Counted from the stretch's first letter, positions 11,007 to 20,538 are shown. The stretch is 64,000 nucleotides of DNA from an uncultured delta proteobacterium (GCA_963792965.1 CAWBYW010000016.1:256001-320000); one strand, 5' to 3'. Notes: generated by a model not told the origin, from the letters alone. A program made the numbers and translations.

Positions 11007-11651
11007 ATGGCCCGTAGAATGCTCAAGAGGGGCGTACTGTTCGTCATCGAGGGTATCGATGGATCGGGAAAAACCACCCAGGCAAAGAGGCTCGTCGAGA
11101 CCCTTTCACGCCGAGGATACGACGCCGTATACCTCCGCGAGCCTACCGATGGGCCCTCGGGCGCCGAGATCAGGCGCGCCGCCCAGGACGGGACAAGGCA
11201 GGGCGACCCCGAGAAGGAATACCGTCTCTTCATGCTCGATAGGAAGGAAAATGTCGCCGACAGCATCCATCCCGCCCTTTCGGCCGGGCGGGTGGTGGTC
11301 CTTGACCGCTACTATTTTTCCACGATGGCTTATCAGGGTGCTCTCGGGCTCGACCCCGAGCGGATCAGGCGGGAAAATGAAGGCTTTGCGCCGGTCCCGG
11401 ACCGCGTCTTTTACCTCTCGATGACGGTCGAGGAGGGGCTGAAGAGGATCTCAAGGAACCGGGGCTCCTTTACCTCCTTTGAGAAGGCGGAATATCTTGA
11501 GAAGGTGAAAGCGATCTTCGATGAGCGTGTGGCGTCTCTCCCGTACACGGTCATCATCGACGGCATGAACGGCCAAGACGATATCTCCGACGAAATCAGG
11601 ACGGGCGCGCTCGCGTTCCTTGAAAGCGTTACTAAACAGCCGGGCCCATGA
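11007..11651 (+). CDS. tmk: Thymidylate kinase
   Basis: IEGIDGSGKTTQ, LREPT, VLDRYYFSTMAYQG; GGGAGG RBS before ATG 11007. Confidence 0.95.
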   Translation: MARRMLKRGVLFVIEGIDGSGKTTQAKRLVETLSRRGYDAVYLREPTDGPSGAEIRRAAQDGTRQGDPEKEYRLFMLDRKENVADSIHPALSAGRVVVLDRYYFSTMAYQGALGLDPERIRRENEGFAPVPDRVFYLSMTVEEGLKRISRNRGSFTSFEKAEYLEKVKAIFDERVASLPYTVIIDGMNGQDDISDEIRTGALAFLESVTKQPGP

Positions 11652-11772
11652 TAGCAATGGATGTCGGGAACCCCTCAGGATGGTCCCGGGTTTTACCCAC
11701 GGGCTCTCCGAACACGCCCGTGGGACCCATCGACTTCCATCCGACGCCTGCCCACAGGTATCCCGGCCTCTT

Positions 11773-12447
11773 TCACTCATCACCACGCTTAACAAAGGCC
11801 CCGCTGCATGCGCTGCCGAACAGTGCGTACTCCAGCAGATACTTAAGGTAAAAGGAAAATGCGACGGCAAAGAGGATCCCGAGGTACGGGATGATACATA
11901 ACACGATGAAGGCGAAAAAGACACAGACAATCAGCACCACCGCGATGAGGTAGTCCTCAAACACCCTGAAGATGTTCGGGATGATCTCCCAGAGCCTGAA
12001 AGCCGCACCGAAGCGCTCGTCGTTTTTCGCGTAAACGGCAAGGGCCATCGGCAACATGACGACGGCAACGATATACAACACGATACCCGCAATGATGAGC
12101 GCCAGCCCGACCATCCCCCCGCCGCTGTGGATCAGCCACTGCCATCCCCTCAGATAGTAGAGGTAGACCAAAAGCCCCGCGCCCGCCCCCACGAGGATGA
12201 GCGGGATGAGCATATATATAAGACTGATGACGAAGATCAGAAAACCCCGGACGAAGAGGTCGCCCCAGCCGTCCCATTCGGGCATCTCCAGCGGCCCGCC
12301 CAGGACGGCCGGCTTGAATATCCGGTAGGCGTAGCCCGAGCAGAAAAAATTGACGATCGGGATGATCGAAAGCGCGATCCCGATGATCATCTTGACCGCC
12401 CAGTCCTTGTCCTTCGTCGGGAAGGAAAAAATCTCCTTGATATCCAT
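11773..12447 (-). CDS. DUF4013 family membrane protein (paralog 2)
   Basis: FSFPTKDKDWAVKMIIG..IIPIVNFF..GYAY..MPEWDGWGDLF; clearly homologous to 9988-10668. Confidence 0.85.
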   Translation of the reverse strand: MDIKEIFSFPTKDKDWAVKMIIGIALSIIPIVNFFCSGYAYRIFKPAVLGGPLEMPEWDGWGDLFVRGFLIFVISLIYMLIPLILVGAGAGLLVYLYYLRGWQWLIHSGGGMVGLALIIAGIVLYIVAVVMLPMALAVYAKNDERFGAAFRLWEIIPNIFRVFEDYLIAVVLIVCVFFAFIVLCIIPYLGILFAVAFSFYLKYLLEYALFGSACSGAFVKRGDE

Positions 12448-12553
12448 GGTCGGTCTCCTCGGAAAGATTGACGGGGGCACGAACGCTCCGTTCCTTGCCC
12501 CCGTTTTGTTTGTGCCGTATTCCGTTTTCACGATCGGCGGCAGGCCTACTTTC

Positions 12554-14095
12554 CTATTTCTTCTTTGTCCTATCCTTGAATTGGTCCCGCAGCTGGTACT
12601 TGAGGACTTTGCCGGAGACGTTGCGCGGCAGCGCCTCCACGACCTCCATCACCCTCGGGATCTTATAGTCGGCGATCCGCGACTTCAGGAAGGTCTGCAG
12701 CTCCTCGGTGGTGATCGTCTCGTTGGGACGCGGCACGACCACCGCCATGACCGTCTCGCCCCATGCCGGGTGAGGAACGCCGATGATGACGGCGTCGGCC
12801 ACCTTGGGGTTCTCGAAGATGGCGTCCTCCACCTCTTTTGAGTAGACATTCTCCCCACCGGTGATGATCATGTCCTTCTTGCGGTCAACCAGCGTAATGT
12901 AGCCCTCGTCGTCCATGGTGCCGAGGTCACCGGAGTGGACCCAGCCGTCCTTGATCGTGTCGGCCGTCGCATCGGGGTTCTTGTAGTAGCCTTTCATCGC
13001 CATCTCGCCCTTGATGACCAGCTCTCCCACGACGCCGGGCTTAGTTATGGTCTTTTCCTTTTCGTCCACGATGCGGGATTCCATATTGACGACGTACTTG
13101 CCGCCCGCCCCGGCCTTCCTGATCTGGTCGACGGGCAACAGCGCGACGCCGCCCGGCCCCGCCTCGGTGAAGCCGCACAGGCAGAAGAAGGAGTTCGACT
13201 TGAACTTGTCCATCATCTGCTTGACCGCCTCGGCGGCCATGGGCGCCGCGCCGTAGCCGTAGTAGCGGATGCGGGAGAGATCGTATTTCTCGAACGTGGG
13301 GACGCCCATTAACATGCTGTACATGATCGGCGCGCCGAAAAAGAGCGTGATCTTTTCGTTCTGGAGGAGATCCATGACCTTGTCGGGCGGCCAGAACTCC
13401 TTGTTGATGATATGCGTCGCCCCCACGTACGTGCCGGGGTTGAGATAGAGGTTAAGCTCCGCCGAGTGGAAGAGCGGGGCGGCGTGCAGGATGCGGTCCG
13501 CGGGGTTCAACCCGATGAGGGTGGCGATGCTTGTCGTCAAGACCATATGGGCGTGGTGGACGAAGAGCGCGCCCTTGGGTCTGCCGGTGGTGCCGGAGGT
13601 ATAGATGATCTCGCTCTCGTCAAATTCATCTACTTTTACCGACGGCTCGTCCTTCTTGCCCGTTTCGAGGACCTCGGTGAAGGGATCAAACCCTTTGAAT
13701 TTCCCGGGCCCCGCGGAATAGAAATGTTTTACTTTCTTGAGGCGGCCCTTCATCTCCGTCATGGCCGGCTCGAAGACGTCATCGAAGATGACCGCAAACG
13801 CGTCCGAGTTGTCGAAGATATACTCCGCCTCCGGGGGCGCCAGCCTGAAGTTGACCGGGACAGCCACTCCGCCGGCCTTGACGGCACCATAGAAGGCGAA
13901 GACAAAGAGATCGGAGTTGAACATCCAGAGGGCAACCTTATCGCCTTTCTTCAACCCCCCTTTGATCAGGGCGTTGGAGACGGCGTTGACCCGTTCGTTG
14001 ACCTCCCTCCAATTAAGGCGTTTTCCCTCGTATACGAGGGCCTCCTTATCCGGGACCATCCGGGCGTTCCGTGCGACGAGACCTCCAAGATCCAT
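12554..14095 (-). CDS. Long-chain acyl-CoA synthetase / AMP-forming CoA ligase
   Basis: YTSGTTGRPKG, GFTEA, SGDLG, DRKKDMIITGGENVY, LPRNVSGK. Confidence 0.93.
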   Translation of the reverse strand: MDLGGLVARNARMVPDKEALVYEGKRLNWREVNERVNAVSNALIKGGLKKGDKVALWMFNSDLFVFAFYGAVKAGGVAVPVNFRLAPPEAEYIFDNSDAFAVIFDDVFEPAMTEMKGRLKKVKHFYSAGPGKFKGFDPFTEVLETGKKDEPSVKVDEFDESEIIYTSGTTGRPKGALFVHHAHMVLTTSIATLIGLNPADRILHAAPLFHSAELNLYLNPGTYVGATHIINKEFWPPDKVMDLLQNEKITLFFGAPIMYSMLMGVPTFEKYDLSRIRYYGYGAAPMAAEAVKQMMDKFKSNSFFCLCGFTEAGPGGVALLPVDQIRKAGAGGKYVVNMESRIVDEKEKTITKPGVVGELVIKGEMAMKGYYKNPDATADTIKDGWVHSGDLGTMDDEGYITLVDRKKDMIITGGENVYSKEVEDAIFENPKVADAVIIGVPHPAWGETVMAVVVPRPNETITTEELQTFLKSRIADYKIPRVMEVVEALPRNVSGKVLKYQLRDQFKDRTKKK

Positions 14096-14145
14096 ATGAG
14101 ACCTCCATGATACAGTGTTAAAAAGGATGGATAATACGTGGAAAG

Positions 14146-14181
14146 TGATACCTTTGTATCAGATTTTTCGCCGAGAGTCAA
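14146..14181 (-). promoter_or_regulatory. Sigma70 promoter of acyl-CoA ligase with overlapping 16-bp palindrome
   Basis: Minus strand TTGACT(14181-14176)-17 bp-TACAAA(14158-14153) with extended TG; TGATAC-CTTT-GTATCA at 14146-14161. Confidence 0.55.
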
Positions 14182-14359
14182 AAATTCTTTTCGCTCTCGA
14201 CAACTTTGTATATAGTTCGTTGGATTGAGCCTCCGCCGACGATCCTCTCCGGGCATTGACTTATCCCTTACTCACTGTTATTATATATAGGTAGGATGTT
14301 TTCCTTGATTTCACGACAAAACATGAGCCGGAAGAGCTCACGAAATAGAGGGATGAGGC

Positions 14360-14563
14360 ATGATTCGGGATATGGTTATCATTTTTACGTGCCCGAAGTG
14401 CGGCCAGCAAAACGCATTCAAGGACGGCATTCCCGAACGGGATAATATCGTCACCTGCCCTTCGTGTGGAAAACCGATCGTGATCGGAGAGGAGTTCCTC
14501 GACGAATTTGAAAGGATCATGGAAGGGTTGGGGGAATCTATTGAGCGGTTTGCCGAGCCGTAG
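14360..14563 (+). CDS. Small zinc-ribbon protein
   Basis: CPKCG-x14-CPSCG followed by acidic helix; GAGG upstream. Confidence 0.7.
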   Translation: MIRDMVIIFTCPKCGQQNAFKDGIPERDNIVTCPSCGKPIVIGEEFLDEFERIMEGLGESIERFAEP

Positions 14564-14741
14564 ACACATGATAGTGGCCGGGAGCCCGATGTCATAACGT
14601 GCGGCGCGGATCTCGTTCCGACCGAGACCTACTCCACGTAAAGCCCGGGAAAGAGAAGTGAGACAGCAATCCTTCCTCATCGCGTGAACGGCAGGGGCCC
14701 TTTTGTGGCTTCCGGCTCTACTGGCACGATAGGGAGGGGAG

Positions 14742-14843
14742 ATGTATATGTCCGCGGGAACCACGAGAAGGAGTTTTCTCAAGGGATGCGCCGTCTCAAC
14801 CGGCGCGATCGCGGCCGCCATAAAAAAGGGGGCGCTCGGATAA
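14742..14843 (+). pseudogene. Tat signal-peptide-only ORF (33 aa); truncated remnant or micropeptide
   Basis: AGGGAGGGGA RBS then MYMSAGTTRRSFLKGCAVSTGAIAAAIKKGALG*; TRRSFLK twin-arginine consensus. Confidence 0.6.
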
Positions 14844-14858
14844 TCCAAGCGCCCCCTC
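14822..14858 (-). terminator. Intrinsic terminator after degP
   Basis: AGGGGGCGCT/AGCGCCCCCT stem with A6 on + strand (U-tract on minus). Confidence 0.8.
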
Positions 14859-14878
14859 ATCATCTTGTCCCAAGGACC

Positions 14879-16318
14879 CTACTTATTGATCGCGATGAAG
14901 ATCGTGTTGCCGTTCCGCCAGATCAGGAAGAGATAGCGCCCGGTCTTTTTGCTGTTGGCCATCTCGGCGTTGAACTCGGCAAGATTCTTGATCTTCTTGC
15001 GGTTGACTTCCCTGATCACATCTCCTTTCATGATGCCCGCCCGCTCCGCGAAACTGGCCGGCTCGACCGAGTTGACGATAACTCCGTCGGTATCGGGCAG
15101 CCCAAGGTATTGAGCGATCGTGGGGGTCACCACGTCAACGAGGAGCCCGAGCTCAGTCCTGCTGCCCGGGCCGGTCGTCGGAAGCCCCGCGACTACGCCC
15201 TCACCGGGCATCCTCCCCACCTTCAGGGCGACGGTCATTGACTTCTTTTCCCTCAAGAGCGTGATCGTCACGGTCTCCCCGATTGGGGTATTTGCCGCCG
15301 ACAGTGACAGGTCCCGCACCCTCTTTATATCCTTCCCGTTATACTTCAGGATGATATCGCCTTTCCTGATACCCGCCTTCTCCGCGGGACTTCCCGGCTC
15401 GATGTCGGAGACGAGCGCGCCCTCGGGCTGCGGCAACCCGAAGGACTGCGCAAGCTCCGGGGTAACTTCCTGAATTACCACGCCGAGCCACCCCCGGATG
15501 ACTTCGCCCTTCTTGAGCTGTGACAGCAGGTCCTTGGCAATGTTGATCGGTATGGCGAAGCCGAGCCCCTGTCCCTGCTCGATGATGGCGGTATTGATGC
15601 CCACCACCTCGCCGTTCAGGTTGAAGAGGGGGCCGCCCGAATTACCCGGATTGATCGAGGCGTCTGTCTGGATAAAGTCATCATACGGGCCCGATCCGAT
15701 CACCCTCCCCTTGGCACTGACGATACCGGCGGTCACCGTTTCCGACAGTCCGAAGGGGTTACCGATAGCCATGACCCATTCGCCCACCTCGAGCTTGTCC
15801 GAATCGCCCATCGCCACCGTGGGGAGACTCCTCCCGTCGATCTTGATGAGGGCCAGATCCGTCTTTGAATCGGTCCCGATAACTTTGGCGGTATAGGTCT
15901 TCTCGTTGTGGAGTATGACGGTTATCTCGGTTGCGTTCTCCACGACATGATTGTTGGTAAGGATATATCCGTCCGGGCTGATGATGAACCCGGAGCCGAG
16001 GCTCTGGGTCTCAAAGGACCGGGGCATTTCCCCGAAGTATCGGTTGAAAAAGTCACCGAACGGCTCGTTGTTGCCGAACGGCTGGCTGAACCCCGGTGGC
16101 AGTCCGGTCCCCACCGTCGTCTTCGTGCTGATATTCACGACCGCCGGGGTCAGGTCTTTGGCCAGAACCGTGAAGTCCGGAAGGGTGATATACTTCGGCC
16201 CCTCAGTCCCGGCCGGAGCGGCCGCGGTGAGAAAGACGATAAAGAGCGCCAGAATAACGAGGGCCACAGGAGCCCGGACACCTCTGGGCAGCTGAACTTG
16301 CTTATGTGCCGATATCAT
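14879..16318 (-). CDS. degP: Periplasmic serine endoprotease DegP/Do (trypsin + 2 PDZ)
   Basis: SLGSGFII, TNNHVV, DLALIKI, IQTDASINPGNSGGPL, two PDZ domains, signal peptide; GGAGG RBS before ATG 16318. Confidence 0.93.
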   Translation of the reverse strand: MISAHKQVQLPRGVRAPVALVILALFIVFLTAAAPAGTEGPKYITLPDFTVLAKDLTPAVVNISTKTTVGTGLPPGFSQPFGNNEPFGDFFNRYFGEMPRSFETQSLGSGFIISPDGYILTNNHVVENATEITVILHNEKTYTAKVIGTDSKTDLALIKIDGRSLPTVAMGDSDKLEVGEWVMAIGNPFGLSETVTAGIVSAKGRVIGSGPYDDFIQTDASINPGNSGGPLFNLNGEVVGINTAIIEQGQGLGFAIPINIAKDLLSQLKKGEVIRGWLGVVIQEVTPELAQSFGLPQPEGALVSDIEPGSPAEKAGIRKGDIILKYNGKDIKRVRDLSLSAANTPIGETVTITLLREKKSMTVALKVGRMPGEGVVAGLPTTGPGSRTELGLLVDVVTPTIAQYLGLPDTDGVIVNSVEPASFAERAGIMKGDVIREVNRKKIKNLAEFNAEMANSKKTGRYLFLIWRNGNTIFIAINK

Positions 16319-16388
16319 ACGAAAAACCTCCACTGTTACGTTTCTTACGAAATTATCGAAGACGTTGATCGCTCCTCAACGAAATCCG

Positions 16389-17804
16389 CTAACTTTTGTC
16401 GACAATCCGCGGCAATACCACGGTAAACGTGCTCCCCATGCCGGGAGTGCTCGAAACCAGGATCTTCCCCTGGTGGGCCTCGGTGATGAAGCGGCAGATG
16501 GAAAGCCCGAGCCCCGTTCCCCCCTCTTTACGGGACCGGTTCTTATCGACCCTGAAAAAGCGGTCGAAGATCCTTTTCTGGTCCTCCGGAGAGATGCCCG
16601 TGCCGTCGTCGGTGACCCTTATTTCCACGTGATCGGCGTCCACGGACGCGCCGATGTGGATGTGGCCTCCGTTCTTGGTATATTTGATCCCGTTGTCTAC
16701 GAGGTTAAGGAAGACTCTTCTCAGTCCCAGCTCGTTTCCCATGATTTTGATTCCATTGAGCTGCCCGAGATCGAGATCGATTCGCTGTTTTCGGATGTCG
16801 GCCAGGGTCTTTCCCATGTCGTAGACGTCGGCAAGGATGGGAGAAAGCTCCACCGGCTCCATCTCCATGGAAGTCTTGCCGAGGTCCGCGCGGGACAGCA
16901 CCAGGAGGTCCTCCACGATCCGGCTCATCAGGTTGATCTCTTCGATGCCGCTGCTCAGCGTTGCCTTGTACTCCTCCAGGCTCCGGGCCGACCTGAGGGC
17001 CCACTCCGTCTCTCCCTTCAGGATGGTCAAGGGCGTCCTGAGCTCGTGGGAGGCGTCGGCGGAGAACTGCCTGATCTGATCGAAGGATTTCTCAAGCCTT
17101 TCAAGCATCTCGTTAAAGGTGGCGGCCAGCCTTCCGAGCTCGTCCTTCTTGTTTCTGACCGGGATCCGCTGGGAGAGGTCTTTGGCGCCGATCTGCCGGG
17201 CGGCGTCGGTGATCTCGGCCACCGGGCGAAGTGCCGCCTTCGCCAGAAAGTAGCCCCCGACGCTCGAAAGGAGTATTACCGACGGGACCGCCAGCAAAAT
17301 AATCAGCAAGAGCCGCCGAAGCGTTTCCTGGACGTACTCAAGGGAGCTGCCCACCTGAACAAGGTTAACCAGTTTGTTGTTTTTGATGACCGGGTAGCTG
17401 ATCATCCGGATCGGGTATTTATCCAGCCCATAGAGCGTCTCAAAGACGATCTCACCGGTCTCGGCCCGTTTGACCGTTTCGGCGGTTATCGGGAGCTTCT
17501 TCGGGAGGCTCCGGTCCGCGTCGTAGTCGATGTTTCCCGATTTATCGAGGATCTGGATATATTTAGCGGTGGGACGAAAGCCGAAGAATTTTTCGAGGTA
17601 GTTGTTCCACCCCTCGCTGTCCTCGGAGACTCGGCTGGAAGAATCCGCCGTGATCTCGGCAATTGTGGTCAGCTTTTTGTCGACGCTGTCATAGAGCGCC
17701 CGCGAGAGCGTGAAGTAGAGCACGGAGCAAAACGAGATCATCATGAACGCGAGCACGAGGGTGAACCAGCCCACAAGCTTGGCCCGTATGGTCACAAAAA
17801 ACAT
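16389..17804 (-). CDS. Membrane sensor histidine kinase (HAMP-HisKA-HATPase; CusS/CssS-like)
   Basis: Two TM segments, DELGRLA HAMP, DASHELRTPL, NLVDNGIKY, GTGLGLSI. Confidence 0.93.
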   Translation of the reverse strand: MFFVTIRAKLVGWFTLVLAFMMISFCSVLYFTLSRALYDSVDKKLTTIAEITADSSSRVSEDSEGWNNYLEKFFGFRPTAKYIQILDKSGNIDYDADRSLPKKLPITAETVKRAETGEIVFETLYGLDKYPIRMISYPVIKNNKLVNLVQVGSSLEYVQETLRRLLLIILLAVPSVILLSSVGGYFLAKAALRPVAEITDAARQIGAKDLSQRIPVRNKKDELGRLAATFNEMLERLEKSFDQIRQFSADASHELRTPLTILKGETEWALRSARSLEEYKATLSSGIEEINLMSRIVEDLLVLSRADLGKTSMEMEPVELSPILADVYDMGKTLADIRKQRIDLDLGQLNGIKIMGNELGLRRVFLNLVDNGIKYTKNGGHIHIGASVDADHVEIRVTDDGTGISPEDQKRIFDRFFRVDKNRSRKEGGTGLGLSICRFITEAHQGKILVSSTPGMGSTFTVVLPRIVDKS

Positions 17805-17807
17805 GGC

Positions 17808-18488
17808 CTAATCCTTCAGCATATAGCCTACGCCCCGCACCGTATGCAACAGCTTCTTGGCATAGTCCTTGTCGATCTTGTTGCGGAGGTAGTTGATGTA
17901 GACGTCGATGACGTTGGTGAAGGTGTCGAACTTAATGCTCCAGACATGCTCGGAGATCATCGTCCGGGTGAGGATCCTGCCCGGGTTTCGCATGAAATAT
18001 TCGAGGAGCGAGTATTCCTTAGTGGTGAGGGGGATCTCCTTGCCCTGGCGCGTCACCTTATGCGTGACCGGATCGAGCACGAGATCGTCGATGACGAGCC
18101 TCAGGCTCTCCTCCGCTTTGCCTCGGCGCAGCAGTGCCCGAATGCGGGCCAACAGCTCGTCGAAGGCAAAGGGCTTGGTCACATAATCGTCGGCTCCCAT
18201 ATCCAGCCCCTTGACCTTATCCTCGACCATATCCTTCGCGGTCAGGAGGATAACCGGGATAGAGTTGTTCTTTTTCCTGATATGGGAGAGGACCTCCAGG
18301 CCGTCCATCTTCGGCAGCATGATGTCCAGCACCAGCAGGTCATAGTCATAGACGTCGGACATAGAGACCGCTTCCTCGCCGTCGACGGCCACGTCCACGG
18401 CATACGATTCCTCCTCAAGCCCCCGTTTGATAAAGGACGCCACCTTTGCCTCGTCTTCTACGACCAGGAGTCTCACGATAGCCCTCAT
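17808..18488 (-). CDS. OmpR-family response regulator
   Basis: LVVEDE, DIMLP, GADDYVTKPF, VIDVYINYLR, HTVRGVGY. Confidence 0.95.
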   Translation of the reverse strand: MRAIVRLLVVEDEAKVASFIKRGLEEESYAVDVAVDGEEAVSMSDVYDYDLLVLDIMLPKMDGLEVLSHIRKKNNSIPVILLTAKDMVEDKVKGLDMGADDYVTKPFAFDELLARIRALLRRGKAEESLRLVIDDLVLDPVTHKVTRQGKEIPLTTKEYSLLEYFMRNPGRILTRTMISEHVWSIKFDTFTNVIDVYINYLRNKIDKDYAKKLLHTVRGVGYMLKD

Positions 18489-18701
18489 AAAATGACTAAG
18501 GAATGGAGAAGATATATCAGCAATATCTTTTAATTATAACTGATTTTTTTCAGATTTCAATTCATATTTTTAGGGTGTTTGCGTCGCTGCGTAAAAGGGG
18601 AAGAAGCACGGTGTTAACACTAAACGGCATGCACAAATGCAAGCGGATGCGTCAAAGCGAGTGGCATAAACCGGGTATTGAAAACATATGCCCGAATGGA
18701 C

Positions 18702-19391
18702 TCATGTCTTCGTCAGCTCGATGCGCAGCCAGATCGGCACGGACGCCAGCGCCGTCTTCTGAATCGTAAAGCTCCGCGCGAAGCGTGTCTTTTTGACTAT
18801 GTCCATGACTTCGTCCACGCTATAGGTCATGCCGAGCTGCTTTTTCAGGAATAGGGGAGAGATCATCCGCCTCAGGATGTTTTCTTCCGACAGATTGACC
18901 TTGAGCGCTTTCTTCAGCGCGTCCTTATCGTAGTCCCGGTAGGTCTCAAATATGACCGCCGTCGCCTTTCGCCTGAGTATCCGGTATATCTCTTCGAGAC
19001 ATTCTTGAGGTTGGTCCCAGAGGTAGAAACTGCCGGTGGCCGTAATAACGTCAAAGAAATCGTCCGGGAAGTCCGTTTTCCGAATGGTGCCTCCGCGCAG
19101 ATCGACCGTGCAGTGTGCGAGGCGTTTTTGGGCGAGTCTGATCATCGATTCCGATATGTCTATACCGTAGAGTTCCATTCGCGGATTCAGCCGGCCAACC
19201 TCGGCCAGGAGCCTTCCCGGCCCGGTGCCCACGTCCAACAGTCGCCCCGCAGGTACCCGGTTGACCAGGTCGTGCGCGATCTCGGCAAACATCGTTCGGT
19301 TTGCCCGCGCGTTCATCAACGAATCGTACAGCACCGCGCCGAAGTTCGGAAGGTCAATAAAGTCCTTTTCTCCCCTACTTCTCGTTTTCAA
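18702..19391 (-). CDS. Class I SAM-dependent methyltransferase
   Basis: LLDVGTGPG, GIDIS, FPDDFFDVI, EIYRILR. Confidence 0.88.
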   Translation of the reverse strand: MKTRSRGEKDFIDLPNFGAVLYDSLMNARANRTMFAEIAHDLVNRVPAGRLLDVGTGPGRLLAEVGRLNPRMELYGIDISESMIRLAQKRLAHCTVDLRGGTIRKTDFPDDFFDVITATGSFYLWDQPQECLEEIYRILRRKATAVIFETYRDYDKDALKKALKVNLSEENILRRMISPLFLKKQLGMTYSVDEVMDIVKKTRFARSFTIQKTALASVPIWLRIELTKT

Positions 19392-19403
19392 CTCCTGGAT
19401 TGC

Positions 19404-20441
19404 TCACGCAGGCCGGGTCCCGTAGCCCGCCGCGAGCTGGCCGCAGGCGGCGGCGATCTCGGCCCCCTTGCTCTTCCTGACGACGGCAAAAAGGTGGCCG
19501 GCCATCAACACCTCCTGGAAGCGGAGGACCTTCTCGTCGTGGGGACGGCCGAGGTGGGCGCCGGGAAACGGGTTGAAGGGGATGAGGTTGATCTTGACCG
19601 GCAGGCCCCGGACGAGATCCCTGAGTGACCTCGCGTGCTCTTCGGTGTCGTTGACCCCATCGATGAGGACGTATTCGATCGTGATGCGCCTCCCCTTTTT
19701 CAGGGGATAGGCCCTGAGCGCCGCCATGAGCTCGGCGAGCGGGTATTTTTTGTTGATCGGCATGATTGATTGCCTGGTCTGGTCGTCCGGCCCGTTCAAC
19801 GAGACGGCGAGGTTCACCAGGACTTCTTTGCCCAGCCGTGCGATCACCTCGGGGATGCCCGCTGTCGAGACGGTCACGTGCCGCCACGAGAAGCCGAGCC
19901 CCCATTCGGCGAGGATGAGTGCGAGCGCCCTCTTCACCTCATCGTAGTTTAACAGCGGTTCTCCCATCCCCATGAAAACAATGTTCGTCACATCCATGCC
20001 CTGCGTCCGGAGGTAGTTCCGTGCGAGGATAACCTGCCCCACGATCTCGCCGGCGCCGAGATTCCTGACGAGCCCGAGCCTGCCTGTCATGCAGAAGGCG
20101 CACCTCAGCGCGCAGCCGACCTGGCTGGAGACGCACAGCGTCGTCCTGTTCTCGTCGGGGATGATGACCGACTCGATCGTGTTCCCGTCGGCAAGTCCCA
20201 GGAGGAACTTCACCGTGCCGTCGCCGGCAACCGACGTCTTCACGACCTCGGGCAGCCCCACCCGGGCGGCCGCGGCGAGGTGCTCGCGGAACTCCCGGGA
20301 GAGGTCGCTCATCCCCTCGATTTCCGAGACGCCCTTTTGATAGAGCCATTTTGTGAGCTGGCGCGCCCGAAACGGCTTTTCGCCGAGAGAGGCGACGAAT
20401 GCCTCGATCTCCTCCGGCAGCATACCTATTAGTTGTTCCAT
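19404..20441 (-). CDS. rlmN: 23S rRNA/tRNA m2A methyltransferase RlmN (radical SAM)
   Basis: CVSSQVGCALRCAFC, FMGMGEPL, NLIPFNP, AACGQL. Confidence 0.97.
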   Translation of the reverse strand: MEQLIGMLPEEIEAFVASLGEKPFRARQLTKWLYQKGVSEIEGMSDLSREFREHLAAAARVGLPEVVKTSVAGDGTVKFLLGLADGNTIESVIIPDENRTTLCVSSQVGCALRCAFCMTGRLGLVRNLGAGEIVGQVILARNYLRTQGMDVTNIVFMGMGEPLLNYDEVKRALALILAEWGLGFSWRHVTVSTAGIPEVIARLGKEVLVNLAVSLNGPDDQTRQSIMPINKKYPLAELMAALRAYPLKKGRRITIEYVLIDGVNDTEEHARSLRDLVRGLPVKINLIPFNPFPGAHLGRPHDEKVLRFQEVLMAGHLFAVVRKSKGAEIAAACGQLAAGYGTRPA

Positions 20442-20538
20442 AGGCAGAGCTCACGTAAATGAAGGGCCCGAAAGGGCGGCCGACAAGCCGCCCCGACACG
20501 GGCGCGTACACAACTCACCGGGGCGCGTCCCAGGCTTG

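Noticed and set aside
16336-16350. CpxR-like GTAA-N5-GTAA upstream of degP
   Set aside because: 9-bp period rather than 10, and it abuts the RBS; too weak to call.
16365-18533. 722-aa + strand ORF and other long antisense ORFs (43668-45140, 46767-48311, 3755-5200)
   Set aside because: Shadow frames of real genes in high-GC DNA; no motifs or RBS.
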